Assembly: GCA_963840455.1 (NCBI GenBank)
Contig: CAWIYV010000003.1
Coordinates: 1 to 23,951 of the forward strand
Origin: Nitrospirota bacterium
Lineage (GTDB): Bacteria > Nitrospirota > UBA9217
Reading direction: 5' to 3'
Length of the DNA: 23,951 bases
Below, piece after piece: positions 16,514-23,951 of the stretch. Both the position numbers and the translations under genes were made by a program. The notes under the pieces were generated by a model. That model made no database searches. It was given only the letters and a program-made list of their open reading frames with translations, and had not been told where the DNA came from. The number at the start of each line of letters is the position of its first letter. Position 1 is the first letter of the stretch.

Positions 16514-17023
16514 TTAATGGATATACAGTATGGACCCCTTCTCAAATGAATAGAAGAGAGCCGCCAGGTCCTTACGGGCAATGACCAGTGACGAGATCTT
16601 TTTCTCTCGCGGCAGCCTGCCTGAATATCCCTTCCCCCGGATGATGATCGAGTCCTGGACAAACAGGGACATTTTCCCCGGCGCACCGTCGGTCTTTCCC
16701 GTGAGAACATAGCGGCCCTTCCGGAACTGCGGAGGCCGTGCGGCGGAAAACGTGAACCCGAAGGTCCGGAGGATGCGATTCCGGTACTTGAGCGTGCCGG
16801 TTCTCGTCGAAAGATCGATCAGGAGGTACTTGGAGTCGGATCCCGCGAACGACCGCTGGAACAACAGGAAGTCCTGCTCCTGCTTCAGCGCCTCGATCCG
16901 GGTGGCTAGCTTTGCCTTTTGTGCCTCGAGAAGACGCTGATCATCCTTTTCCCGTGGGGGGCCATCCATGCCCATAAGCAGCGCCGACAGGAGGAGCAGG
17001 AGCCCCTGTGTCATTTTGCGCAT
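16514..17023 (-). CDS. exported YkuD-fold protein lacking catalytic residues (L,D-transpeptidase pseudoenzyme); start uncertain (17014-17095)
   Basis: Signal-like LLLLLSALL, coiled coil, then colinear similarity to the adjacent L,D-transpeptidase with IHG replaced by IRG and THGCI replaced by ISSLV. Confidence 0.7.
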   Translation of the reverse strand: MRKMTQGLLLLLSALLMGMDGPPREKDDQRLLEAQKAKLATRIEALKQEQDFLLFQRSFAGSDSKYLLIDLSTRTGTLKYRNRILRTFGFTFSAARPPQFRKGRYVLTGKTDGAPGKMSLFVQDSIIIRGKGYSGRLPREKKISSLVIARKDLAALFYSFEKGSILYIH

Positions 17024-17110
17024 GCTTTTTTCCATAAAAAGCCCGAAAGGAGAACGTAACATGATCGTAAATCTCGGCATCTGTCTCGCCTTCACAGTTT
17101 TTTCAATATC

Positions 17111-17872
17111 CTAGTAGATATAAACCTTGGTCCCGATCTTTACCGTCTTGTACAGTTTTTCAAGGTCCTTGTCCCCCACCGAGATGCAGCCGTGAGTGAA
17201 ATGGGTCCCCAGGAGCTCCGTGTACTTGGTGCCATGGATCTTATATCCGTTGCCGAGGATGAGGGCGTATTTACCCAGCACCTCCCGCACGATCCGGTCC
17301 GGATCGTTCTCCGCCGGAACCGGCATGTTCTCCTCTACATAGGACCAGTCGGGCCTGATCCACACCGGATTCCGCTCCTTTCCCAGCACGGTCAGGGACC
17401 CCATGGGGCTCTCGAAGTACCAGTTCCTCCCTGTCTCCTCCTCGATGAACTGCCTGCTGCCGGTCCCCACGACCGCGGTGAGCAGGACCTTGTCGCCCTG
17501 GCGGAGCGTCAGCCTGTTGTTCTCGGTGTCGACGACGATGTACGGCGCATCATCATCCATCTCCTTCAGCATCCGGCTGAGGCCCTGGTTCTGTTCCTCC
17601 AGGACCGCGGCCTCCTTCTCGAGTGCGGCGACCTTCGCGCGGAGGACATCGAGGGGAAACTCATCATCTGATGCCCGCGTCGTATGAGGACAGATCAAGA
17701 ACGCCACCGAGACACAGAGGCACAGAGCTGTTCCGTACAACGAAAAGGATCTCACCGCAAAGGCGCGAAGGTCGCGAAGGAAAACCGGGGATCCGCTCAT
17801 AGGATTCTGCTGTCCTCGCGCTCTTCGCGTCTTCGCGGTAATGCCGGCATTTCTTTTCCCGTCATTCCTCAC
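17111..17872 (-). CDS. L,D-transpeptidase (YkuD family) with N-terminal coiled coil; start GTG 17872 or ATG 17800
   Basis: YIVVDTENNRLTL...NPVWIRP...YKIHGT...THGCISV catalytic His/Cys motif. Confidence 0.9.
   Translation of the reverse strand: MRNDGKRNAGITAKTRRARGQQNPMSGSPVFLRDLRAFAVRSFSLYGTALCLCVSVAFLICPHTTRASDDEFPLDVLRAKVAALEKEAAVLEEQNQGLSRMLKEMDDDAPYIVVDTENNRLTLRQGDKVLLTAVVGTGSRQFIEEETGRNWYFESPMGSLTVLGKERNPVWIRPDWSYVEENMPVPAENDPDRIVREVLGKYALILGNGYKIHGTKYTELLGTHFTHGCISVGDKDLEKLYKTVKIGTKVYIY
17703..17840. repeat. CGCGAAG/CACAGAG-unit repeat, copy C (three arms) within the 5' end of the L,D-transpeptidase ORF
   Basis: GCCACCGAGACACAGAGGCACAGAG (17703-17727); CACCGCAAAGGCGCGAAGGTCGCGAAG (17753-17779) inverted against CCTCGCGCTCTTCGCGTCTTCGCGGTA (17814-17840). 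Confidence 0.75.
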
Positions 17873-17875
17873 TCC

Positions 17876-19252
17876 TCACTCCGTGCTCAGGAAGATCTTC
17901 CCGGGATTCAGGATATTGTTCGGGTCCAGCGCCCGCTTGATCCGTCTCATGGCCTCGAGGGCTTGTTCCCCGGCTTCCAGCGGCAGGAAGGGCGCCTTGG
18001 TGATACCGATGCCGTGTTCCCCGGAAATGCTTCCCTGCATCCGGAGGACGGCTGCGAAGATCTCCTTCACCGCAAGCTCGGCCTGCGGCCGCTCCTCTTC
18101 CTCTAGCATGATGTTCACATGGATGTTCCCGTCCCCTGCATGGCCGAAGCAGACGATCAGGAGGCCATAGCGCTTCGCAATGTCCTGTACCTCGGCAAGG
18201 ATGTCCGGCACCCTTGCCGGGGGGACAACGATGTCCTCGTTGATCTTCCGGGGCTTGATAGTATACAGCGCAGGGGAGATGGCTCGCCGCAGCTTCCAGA
18301 TCCTATCCTGTTCACGTTTATCGGTCGCCCGCGTGACCGTAATTGCGCCCGCTTCCCGGCAGGCGCGCTCAAGGGCATCGGCCTCCAACGCCGTGGCCCG
18401 CGGAGATCCATCCACTTCAGCGATGACCATGGCGCCTGCGCCATGGGAAACGTCCTCTTTGAGATAGGTCTCGACGGCGCGGATTGCTCCGGAATCGATG
18501 AGTTCAAGAGCCCGGGGAAGGATGCGGCCTTCAGATATCTTTGAGACCGCGATAGCGGCGCTTCGAATGTCGGGAAAGAACGCAGAGAGGGTCTCGACGC
18601 TCTCCGGCCGCGGCAGGAGCCGCACGATGATCTTCGTCACCACCCCCAGCGTCCCCTCGGACCCGACGATGAGCCGCGTGAGGTCGTAGCCGGCCACGCT
18701 CTTGAGCGTGCGCGATCCGGTCTCGATGATCTCGCCCGTCGGCAGGACCACCTCAAGGCCGAGGACATAATCCCGCGTCACGCCGTACTTGACGGCGCGA
18801 AGCCCGCCGGCGCATTCGGCGATGTTCCCTCCCAGGGTGCAGAACTGCTGGCTTGCCGGGTCAGGCGGATAGAACAGCCCCCGCGCCTCGACCTCCCGCT
18901 GGAGGTCGCCGGTGATGACGCCCGGCTCCACGATTGCCATGCGGTTCCGTTCGTCGATCTCGAGGATGCGGTTCATGCGCTCGAAGGACAGGACCAGCCC
19001 TCCCCGGACCGGCACCGAGCCGCCGGACATGCCTGTCCCCGCCCCGCGCGGCACGACCGGGAAACGCCTACGGTTGGCGAGGAGGAGTATCTGAGAAACT
19101 TCCCGGGCGGTCGCCGGACGGGCGACGGCTGCGGGAAGGGATGCAGTCCGGGTCGCGTCGTAAGAATAAACAACCAGTTCTTCGGGACCGGTGAACAGGT
19201 GGGCGGGGCCGACGATGGCCGCGAGCTCCTTGAGGACCAACGGATCAAGCAT
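17876..19252 (-). CDS. FAD-linked oxidase, GlcD/D-lactate dehydrogenase family
   Basis: PRGAGTGMSGG, FYPPDPAS, GGLRAVKYGVTRDYV, GHAGDGNIH, SGEHGIG, DPNNILNPGK. Confidence 0.93.
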   Translation of the reverse strand: MLDPLVLKELAAIVGPAHLFTGPEELVVYSYDATRTASLPAAVARPATAREVSQILLLANRRRFPVVPRGAGTGMSGGSVPVRGGLVLSFERMNRILEIDERNRMAIVEPGVITGDLQREVEARGLFYPPDPASQQFCTLGGNIAECAGGLRAVKYGVTRDYVLGLEVVLPTGEIIETGSRTLKSVAGYDLTRLIVGSEGTLGVVTKIIVRLLPRPESVETLSAFFPDIRSAAIAVSKISEGRILPRALELIDSGAIRAVETYLKEDVSHGAGAMVIAEVDGSPRATALEADALERACREAGAITVTRATDKREQDRIWKLRRAISPALYTIKPRKINEDIVVPPARVPDILAEVQDIAKRYGLLIVCFGHAGDGNIHVNIMLEEEERPQAELAVKEIFAAVLRMQGSISGEHGIGITKAPFLPLEAGEQALEAMRRIKRALDPNNILNPGKIFLSTE

Positions 19253-20825
19253 AGACGCGGTAATTGATGTCCGGGAAGAGGTTGTCCTTATACTCGATGT
19301 CGCTCAGCCAGGCCTCGTCGATGCGGTTCGCCCGGATGTCGTCGTAGAGCCGCGTGAACCGGAGGACGTGGTCCTGCGTCCGTTTGACCGCGTATTCCAC
19401 GTGGCTGCCGGTCTTCATGATGAAGGCCCAGTCCGAGCTCTGCGCGAGCAGGAGTTCCCGGGCCGCCTGGTTCAGGGCGCGCCGGAGCAGGCCGTCGGCG
19501 CTCGGGAACTGGCGCGCCAGCTCTACCATCCGGTCTGCCGCCGTATGCAGATGACGGTAGATCCAGTCATTGGTCCCATTGAGCCAGACCTCGGCGTAGC
19601 CCTTGAAGCCCCAGCTCGACAGGGACGGCGTGGCTACCTGGCAGGTGGGGTTCTCGGCAAGGTATTCCATGGGCGTCGTCAGCTTGATGGTCTTCTGGTC
19701 ATAGGCCATCTTCCGCATCAGGAAGTTGATCCAGTCCGGCCCTTCGAACCACCAGTGCCCGTACAGCTCGGCATCGTAGGGCGCGACGATGATCGGCTTC
19801 CGGTCCTGCACAATGCCTGCCAGCCACTCGATCTGCTTCTCCCGGTTGAACATGAAGTTCGCCGCCTGGTCGGCCGCCCGGTCGAGCGCCCACTGCCGGA
19901 CATAGGGGTCCTTGTGGTTCGACTTGCCGGTGATCTTGTAGTACTTGATCCCCAGGTTCACGCGCACGCCGTCGGCGGGGAGATAGGGCCTGACGTAATC
20001 GTAATCCAGGTCGAAGCCGACGTCGCGGTAGAACTCCCGGTAGTTGTAGTCCCCGGGATACCCCTCGACAGAGCTCCAGACCTGCTTCGACGACTCGATG
20101 TCCCGGCCGAAGGCGGCCACGCCCGACTTGCAGCAGATCGGCGCGTATACGCCGTACTTGGGCCGCGGGGACGCATGGAAGACACCGTGGGAATCGGTGA
20201 AGAAGTAGCGGAGGCCCGCCTCCTTCAGGAACTCGTCAAGGCCTTCGAAGTAGCCGCACTCCGGCAGCCAGATGCCCCGCGGGGGCCTTCCGAGGTGCTT
20301 GGTGTGCTGTTCGACGGCGACCTGGATCTGGGCGCGCACGGCGTTCGGATTCAGCATGAGCGGCAGGAACCCGTGGGTCGCGCCGCAGGTGATGATCTCC
20401 AGCTTGCCCAGGTCCTGGAACTTCTTGAAGGCCGTGACGAGGTTCCTCCCGTACTTTTCCTCGAAGACGTACCGCGAGTTCCGGAAGATGTCCCGGTACA
20501 TGTGGGCGATAGGGTTGAACTCAGGCTGATCCTTCGTGCGCACGATCTCCTTCTCGGCGAGCTCGATCAACTTGGTGATGTGCCGGACGTAGCGGTGCTG
20601 GAGCAGCGGGTCCGTGAGCATGCCGATGAGCGTGGGCGTCAGGCTCATGGTGATGCGGAAGTCCACGCCGTCGTTCACCAGTCCGTCGTAGACATTGATG
20701 AGCGGGATGTAGGTCTCAGTGATCGCCTCGAAGAGCCAGTCCTCTTCCAGGAACTGGTCGTACTCGGGATGCCGCACATACGGCAGGTGGCTGTGCAGCA
20801 CCAGCGCAAGATAACCCTTTTCCAT
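19245..20825 (-). CDS. GH57 1,4-alpha-glucan branching enzyme (DUF1957)
   Basis: LVLHSHLPYVRHP, GIWLPECGY (nucleophile Glu), APYDAELYGHWWFEG (acid/base Asp), LLAQSSDWAFI. Confidence 0.95.
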   Translation of the reverse strand: MEKGYLALVLHSHLPYVRHPEYDQFLEEDWLFEAITETYIPLINVYDGLVNDGVDFRITMSLTPTLIGMLTDPLLQHRYVRHITKLIELAEKEIVRTKDQPEFNPIAHMYRDIFRNSRYVFEEKYGRNLVTAFKKFQDLGKLEIITCGATHGFLPLMLNPNAVRAQIQVAVEQHTKHLGRPPRGIWLPECGYFEGLDEFLKEAGLRYFFTDSHGVFHASPRPKYGVYAPICCKSGVAAFGRDIESSKQVWSSVEGYPGDYNYREFYRDVGFDLDYDYVRPYLPADGVRVNLGIKYYKITGKSNHKDPYVRQWALDRAADQAANFMFNREKQIEWLAGIVQDRKPIIVAPYDAELYGHWWFEGPDWINFLMRKMAYDQKTIKLTTPMEYLAENPTCQVATPSLSSWGFKGYAEVWLNGTNDWIYRHLHTAADRMVELARQFPSADGLLRRALNQAARELLLAQSSDWAFIMKTGSHVEYAVKRTQDHVLRFTRLYDDIRANRIDEAWLSDIEYKDNLFPDINYRVYA

Positions 20826-20846
20826 GTTTCCTCCGGATGATCCGTG

Positions 20847-20953
20847 ACCACGGAGACAAGGAGGGCGCGGAGAAGCGGTCCGGCCTGCTTGCCGGCTTAC
20901 TTTTTTTTAGCAGGCCTGTCGACCCTCCTCCGCACCTCGGTGCCTCGGTGGTG
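20847..20953. repeat. palindromic CACGGAG-unit repeat, copy D
   Basis: ACCACGGAGACAAGGAGGGCGCGGAG (20847-20872) inverted against CTCCGCACCTCGGTGCCTCGGTGGTG (20928-20953). Confidence 0.7.
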
Positions 20954-21034
20954 AGATAGGGTTTTGAAAAGAAAAGCCCATCCACAGGGGATGGACTCTC
21001 GCATGAACCAGGCGGCGTCAGTGACCGTCGTGCC

Positions 21035-22021
21035 TTACTTTTTCCTCGGCCTCTGCTTCGGGAACGTACCCGGCGAGGTGATCTCGAGCAGCCTGCGCTG
21101 CCGCAGGACTTCCTGGGCCTCGGGCGATGAGAAGCCACCGTGTACGCCGCGGACCGAGCCCGGGACGCCGTAAAGCTTCATGAACTCCTCGTCCACAAGC
21201 ATCCACTCCTCGTCCAGCACATCGGAGACGCCATCCCGCGGCATGGTCACTCTGTTCGAGCGGACCAGCGTGAGGAACCGGCCGTTCGGCGCCATGAGAC
21301 CCAGGTCGGCGCAGAACGAATGGGTCGGCCTGCCGAAGTCGAAGTACCAACTGCCCACGCGTTCGTACACCTCCTGGTCGAAATAGGCCGCGGCATTCGA
21401 TCCATCGAACTGGATCCCGGTCACATCATACACGCGAATACAAAGCTTGCTGTCCCAGCCGAACCACGCCTTTTCCTTCTCCAGCCGGACCTGGGGCAGT
21501 TCCCAGTAGCCCAGTGCCATATAGGGATCGCGCGCCAGCAAGGCCATACGCTCGCCGCCGTATTCATGTGGGAGCGTGTCATAGGGCATCGGCGGCTTAT
21601 GCTCAGACGTCCCCGTGTAGTACTTGGCGTCAGACACCCGCTCCTGGGCCATGAGCGGTTCTTCCACGCCCGAAGGCATCTGCCACTCACGCCGGGGCAA
21701 TGCCTCTTTAACGGGCTTTGTCGCGGCGGTCTTGCGAGGAACAGTCCGTTTCTTTGCCGACGCCGTCCTGCCGGACGTCTTCTTTTTGACCGCGGCCGTC
21801 GTCGTCTTCGTTGCGGACTTCGCTGCCGACTTTTTAGCAACCGTCGTGTCCGCTTTCTTGACAGCGGCTTTCGAGGTCTTCTTGGCCGTTGCGGAAGCGG
21901 TCTTGGCAAGAGCCGTTACCATCTCCGCCTTTTTCGCCCCGGCAGGCAGGGCGATCTTGTTCTTCCTCGCCAGGGTTTTGAGCTCTGCGATCGTCATGGA
22001 CACCAGTTTGTTCTTGTTCAT
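21035..22021 (-). CDS. DUF4912 domain protein with Rho-N-like helical N-terminus and Lys/Ala-rich linker
   Basis: MTIAELKTLARKNKI...KKAEMVTAL; LPHEYGGERMALLARDPY..GYWE, IRVYDVT, SWY, LVRSNRVTMP; upstream of GH57. Confidence 0.85.
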   Translation of the reverse strand: MNKNKLVSMTIAELKTLARKNKIALPAGAKKAEMVTALAKTASATAKKTSKAAVKKADTTVAKKSAAKSATKTTTAAVKKKTSGRTASAKKRTVPRKTAATKPVKEALPRREWQMPSGVEEPLMAQERVSDAKYYTGTSEHKPPMPYDTLPHEYGGERMALLARDPYMALGYWELPQVRLEKEKAWFGWDSKLCIRVYDVTGIQFDGSNAAAYFDQEVYERVGSWYFDFGRPTHSFCADLGLMAPNGRFLTLVRSNRVTMPRDGVSDVLDEEWMLVDEEFMKLYGVPGSVRGVHGGFSSPEAQEVLRQRRLLEITSPGTFPKQRPRKK

Positions 22022-22064
22022 CTCAAACCCCCTTTCGATAGTTCTCTTCCTCTTAGTTATTTTC

Positions 22065-22093
22065 ACTATAACACAAAAAACCGCGATTATCAA
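22065..22093 (-). promoter_or_regulatory. sigma70-type promoter for the DUF4912-GH57 operon
   Basis: Minus strand TTGATA (22093-22088), 17-bp spacer, TGt-TATAGT (22070-22065). Confidence 0.65.
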
Positions 22094-22125
22094 TCAGTTT
22101 AAGGCCTTGCACGCCTCGCGAGGCT

Positions 22126-22155
22126 TTGACAAATCGGGGTAAAACACCGTATACT
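22126..22155 (+). promoter_or_regulatory. sigma70-type promoter for fabF, likely leaderless transcript
   Basis: TTGACA (22126-22131), 18-bp spacer, TATACT (22150-22155); ATG 8 nt downstream with no SD. Confidence 0.7.
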
Positions 22156-22163
22156 GCACGGCG

Positions 22164-23402
22164 ATGAAAAACCGTGTCGTTATAACAGGACTGGGAGCGG
22201 TAACGCCGCTCGGGAACGACATGAAGACCGCCTGGAATGCCCTTGTCCAGGGCCGATCCGGGATCGAGCGCATCACGAAGTTCGACGCCTCGTCGCTCCC
22301 CTCGCGCATTGCCGGTGAGGTCAAGCGATTCGACCCGCTCTGCTTCATGGCCCCCAAGGAAGCGCATCGGACCGATCCCTTCATCCAGTACGCCCTTGCG
22401 GCCGCTCTCATGGCGGTCGAGGATGCAAAGCTTGAACTGACGCCGGCGTCCGGACTCCGGACAGGCGTATTGGTCGGTTCCGGACGGGGTGGCATCATGA
22501 CGAGCGAGAAGAATGTCATCGCTTTCCTGGCCAAGGGACACCGCGCCGTCTCGCCCTATTACACGCCCATGACGCTCGTGAACATGGCGTCAGGCTACAT
22601 TGCCATGAAGCTCGGTGCCCGAGGGCCCTGTCTGGACGTTTCCACTGCCTGCGCCACGGGCACCCATGCGATCGGCGAGGCCATGAAGATCATCCAACGG
22701 GGCGATGCTGATGTAATGCTCGCCGGCGGGACCGAGGCCGCGCTCACGCCGACCGTGTTCGCAGGTTTCTGCCAGGCGAAAGCGCTGTCCCGGCGGAACG
22801 ATGCGCCGGAGAAAGCCAGCAGGCCTTTTGACCGGGACCGCGACGGGTTCGTACTTGCAGAAGGCGCCGGGGTCCTCATCCTCGAGGAACTGCGGCATGC
22901 GGAAAGACGCGGTGCGGACATCTACGCTGAACTGGCGGGATACGGGCTAACCTCCGACGCCTTCCATTATACCCGGCCCGATCCCGACGGCGACGGAGCC
23001 GCGCGCGCCATGTCCCTGGCATTGGCCGACGCGGGAATGCGGACAGAGGAGATCGACTACCTCAATGCCCACGGGACCTCGACCATATCGAACGATGCCA
23101 TCGAGACGCTCGCCATCAAGCGGGCGTTCGGGGCCCATGCGAAAAAGCTTTTCGTGAGCTCCACGAAATCCATGCTTGGCCACATGCTCGGCGCCGCTGG
23201 CGCCGTCGAGGCGGCCATAACCGCGCTCGCGGTCCGTGACGGCATTATCCCTCCGACAACCAATTATGAAACGCCCGACCCGGCATGCGATCTCGACTAC
23301 GTGCCGAATCAGTCGAGGAGACAACCGGTCAGCGCAGCCCTCTCCAACTCGCTCGGGTTCGGCGGGGTCAATGCAGCGCTGGTGATCGTGAAAACAACAT
23401 AA
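22164..23402 (+). CDS. fabF: 3-oxoacyl-ACP synthase II
   Basis: [21 protein letters not shown] (Cys), NAHGTST and GHMLGAAG (His-His), [12 protein letters not shown]. Confidence 0.95.
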   Translation: MKNRVVITGLGAVTPLGNDMKTAWNALVQGRSGIERITKFDASSLPSRIAGEVKRFDPLCFMAPKEAHRTDPFIQYALAAALMAVEDAKLELTPASGLRTGVLVGSGRGGIMTSEKNVIAFLAKGHRAVSPYYTPMTLVNMASGYIAMKLGARGPCLDVSTACATGTHAIGEAMKIIQRGDADVMLAGGTEAALTPTVFAGFCQAKALSRRNDAPEKASRPFDRDRDGFVLAEGAGVLILEELRHAERRGADIYAELAGYGLTSDAFHYTRPDPDGDGAARAMSLALADAGMRTEEIDYLNAHGTSTISNDAIETLAIKRAFGAHAKKLFVSSTKSMLGHMLGAAGAVEAAITALAVRDGIIPPTTNYETPDPACDLDYVPNQSRRQPVSAALSNSLGFGGVNAALVIVKTT

Positions 23403-23447
23403 GCTGACATGCTTGCAGGCTTGCACGCTGATGAGCCAGGAGGTTCT

Positions 23448-23873
23448 ATGATCGGAGCGAAATTGTATCAGAGGAAGGAGCGGATGTATCTCTTGCTCGC
23501 CTTGTATGGGATACTGGCACTACTAGGGGCTGCCTACAGCATCGTGATGGCAACGCGGGGCCAGGACCCGTCCGGGGCGGCAGGATTCATGATCGTCTTC
23601 GGCGTTGGAATGTGCATCCAGACTTATCTGAAGAGCAGGAAGCCTTTTGTCATTGTGCAGGAGGAGCGGCTCGAACTGAACCAGACGAACCGCCCCGAGT
23701 ACGTCCGCTACAAGGACATCATCAGCGTCGAGCAACGGGACGCCGGACAGATCGTCCTGAAGGTGCGTGACGGTCATACGCCGCGCATAGTGACCATATA
23801 TGGCAAATATCTGGAGAAGAAGGATGCGGAACAGCTCGCCGCGTTCCTGCAAAAGAAAGGATGGAAGCGCTGA
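23448..23873 (+). CDS. hypothetical membrane protein (2 TM + small beta-rich domain)
   Basis: AGGAGG RBS before ATG 23448; two hydrophobic segments followed by a soluble domain. Confidence 0.75.
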   Translation: MIGAKLYQRKERMYLLLALYGILALLGAAYSIVMATRGQDPSGAAGFMIVFGVGMCIQTYLKSRKPFVIVQEERLELNQTNRPEYVRYKDIISVEQRDAGQIVLKVRDGHTPRIVTIYGKYLEKKDAEQLAAFLQKKGWKR

Positions 23874-23881
23874 CGGGGCCG

Positions 23882-23943
23882 TCAAGCCCGGCAGGCACAC
23901 CCTGCACCTTACCTGCCTGCGTCGGAGGCAGGCTCGGGCTTGA
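23882..23943. repeat. branched hairpin downstream of the last gene (possible terminator or palindromic element)
   Basis: TCAAGCCCG (23882-23890) pairs with CGGGCTTGA (23935-23943) and encloses CCTGCCT/AGGCAGG (23912-23932); no U-tract. Confidence 0.45.
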
Positions 23944-23951
23944 ACTTCGAT

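Noticed and set aside
17863-17881. Short heptamer tandem (GTGAGGA-like x2-3) at the oxidase/L,D-transpeptidase junction
   Set aside because: Too short to call; explainable by overlapping stop codon, SD and start codon.
19191-20840. 549-aa + strand ORF
   Set aside because: Antisense shadow of the GH57 gene.

Overview
GC-rich bacterial chromosomal segment; the gene set suggests Nitrospirota or a deltaproteobacterium, but that is an impression only. Bases 1-3450 look like a decaying accessory region. They hold a frameshifted FecR+TPR gene, a 245-bp direct-repeat-bounded element that folds into one long rod, a 21-aa Lys-rich ORF, a second ~177-nt hairpin among degenerate tRNA halves (Tyr-, Cys- and Glu-like), and an amidohydrolase pseudogene. 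Next comes a probably leaderless membrane/secreted uORF ending in ...SGIAPP, a candidate ribosome-arrest peptide, ahead of a CBS protein, an ArsB/NhaD-type transporter and a DUF6544-like gene. The minus strand carries an acetate cluster: cNMP-CBS-nucleotidyltransferase (DUF294), DEDDh exonuclease, DUF4212, ActP-like symporter, YggT-like protein, NhaP-type antiporter and acs. Also on the minus strand are DUF4912, a GH57 branching enzyme, a GlcD-like oxidase, an L,D-transpeptidase and an adjacent catalytically dead paralog. fabF and a membrane protein are transcribed divergently. Four copies of a palindromic CGCGAAG/CACGGAG-unit repeat are dispersed through the window, and one lies inside a signal peptide.
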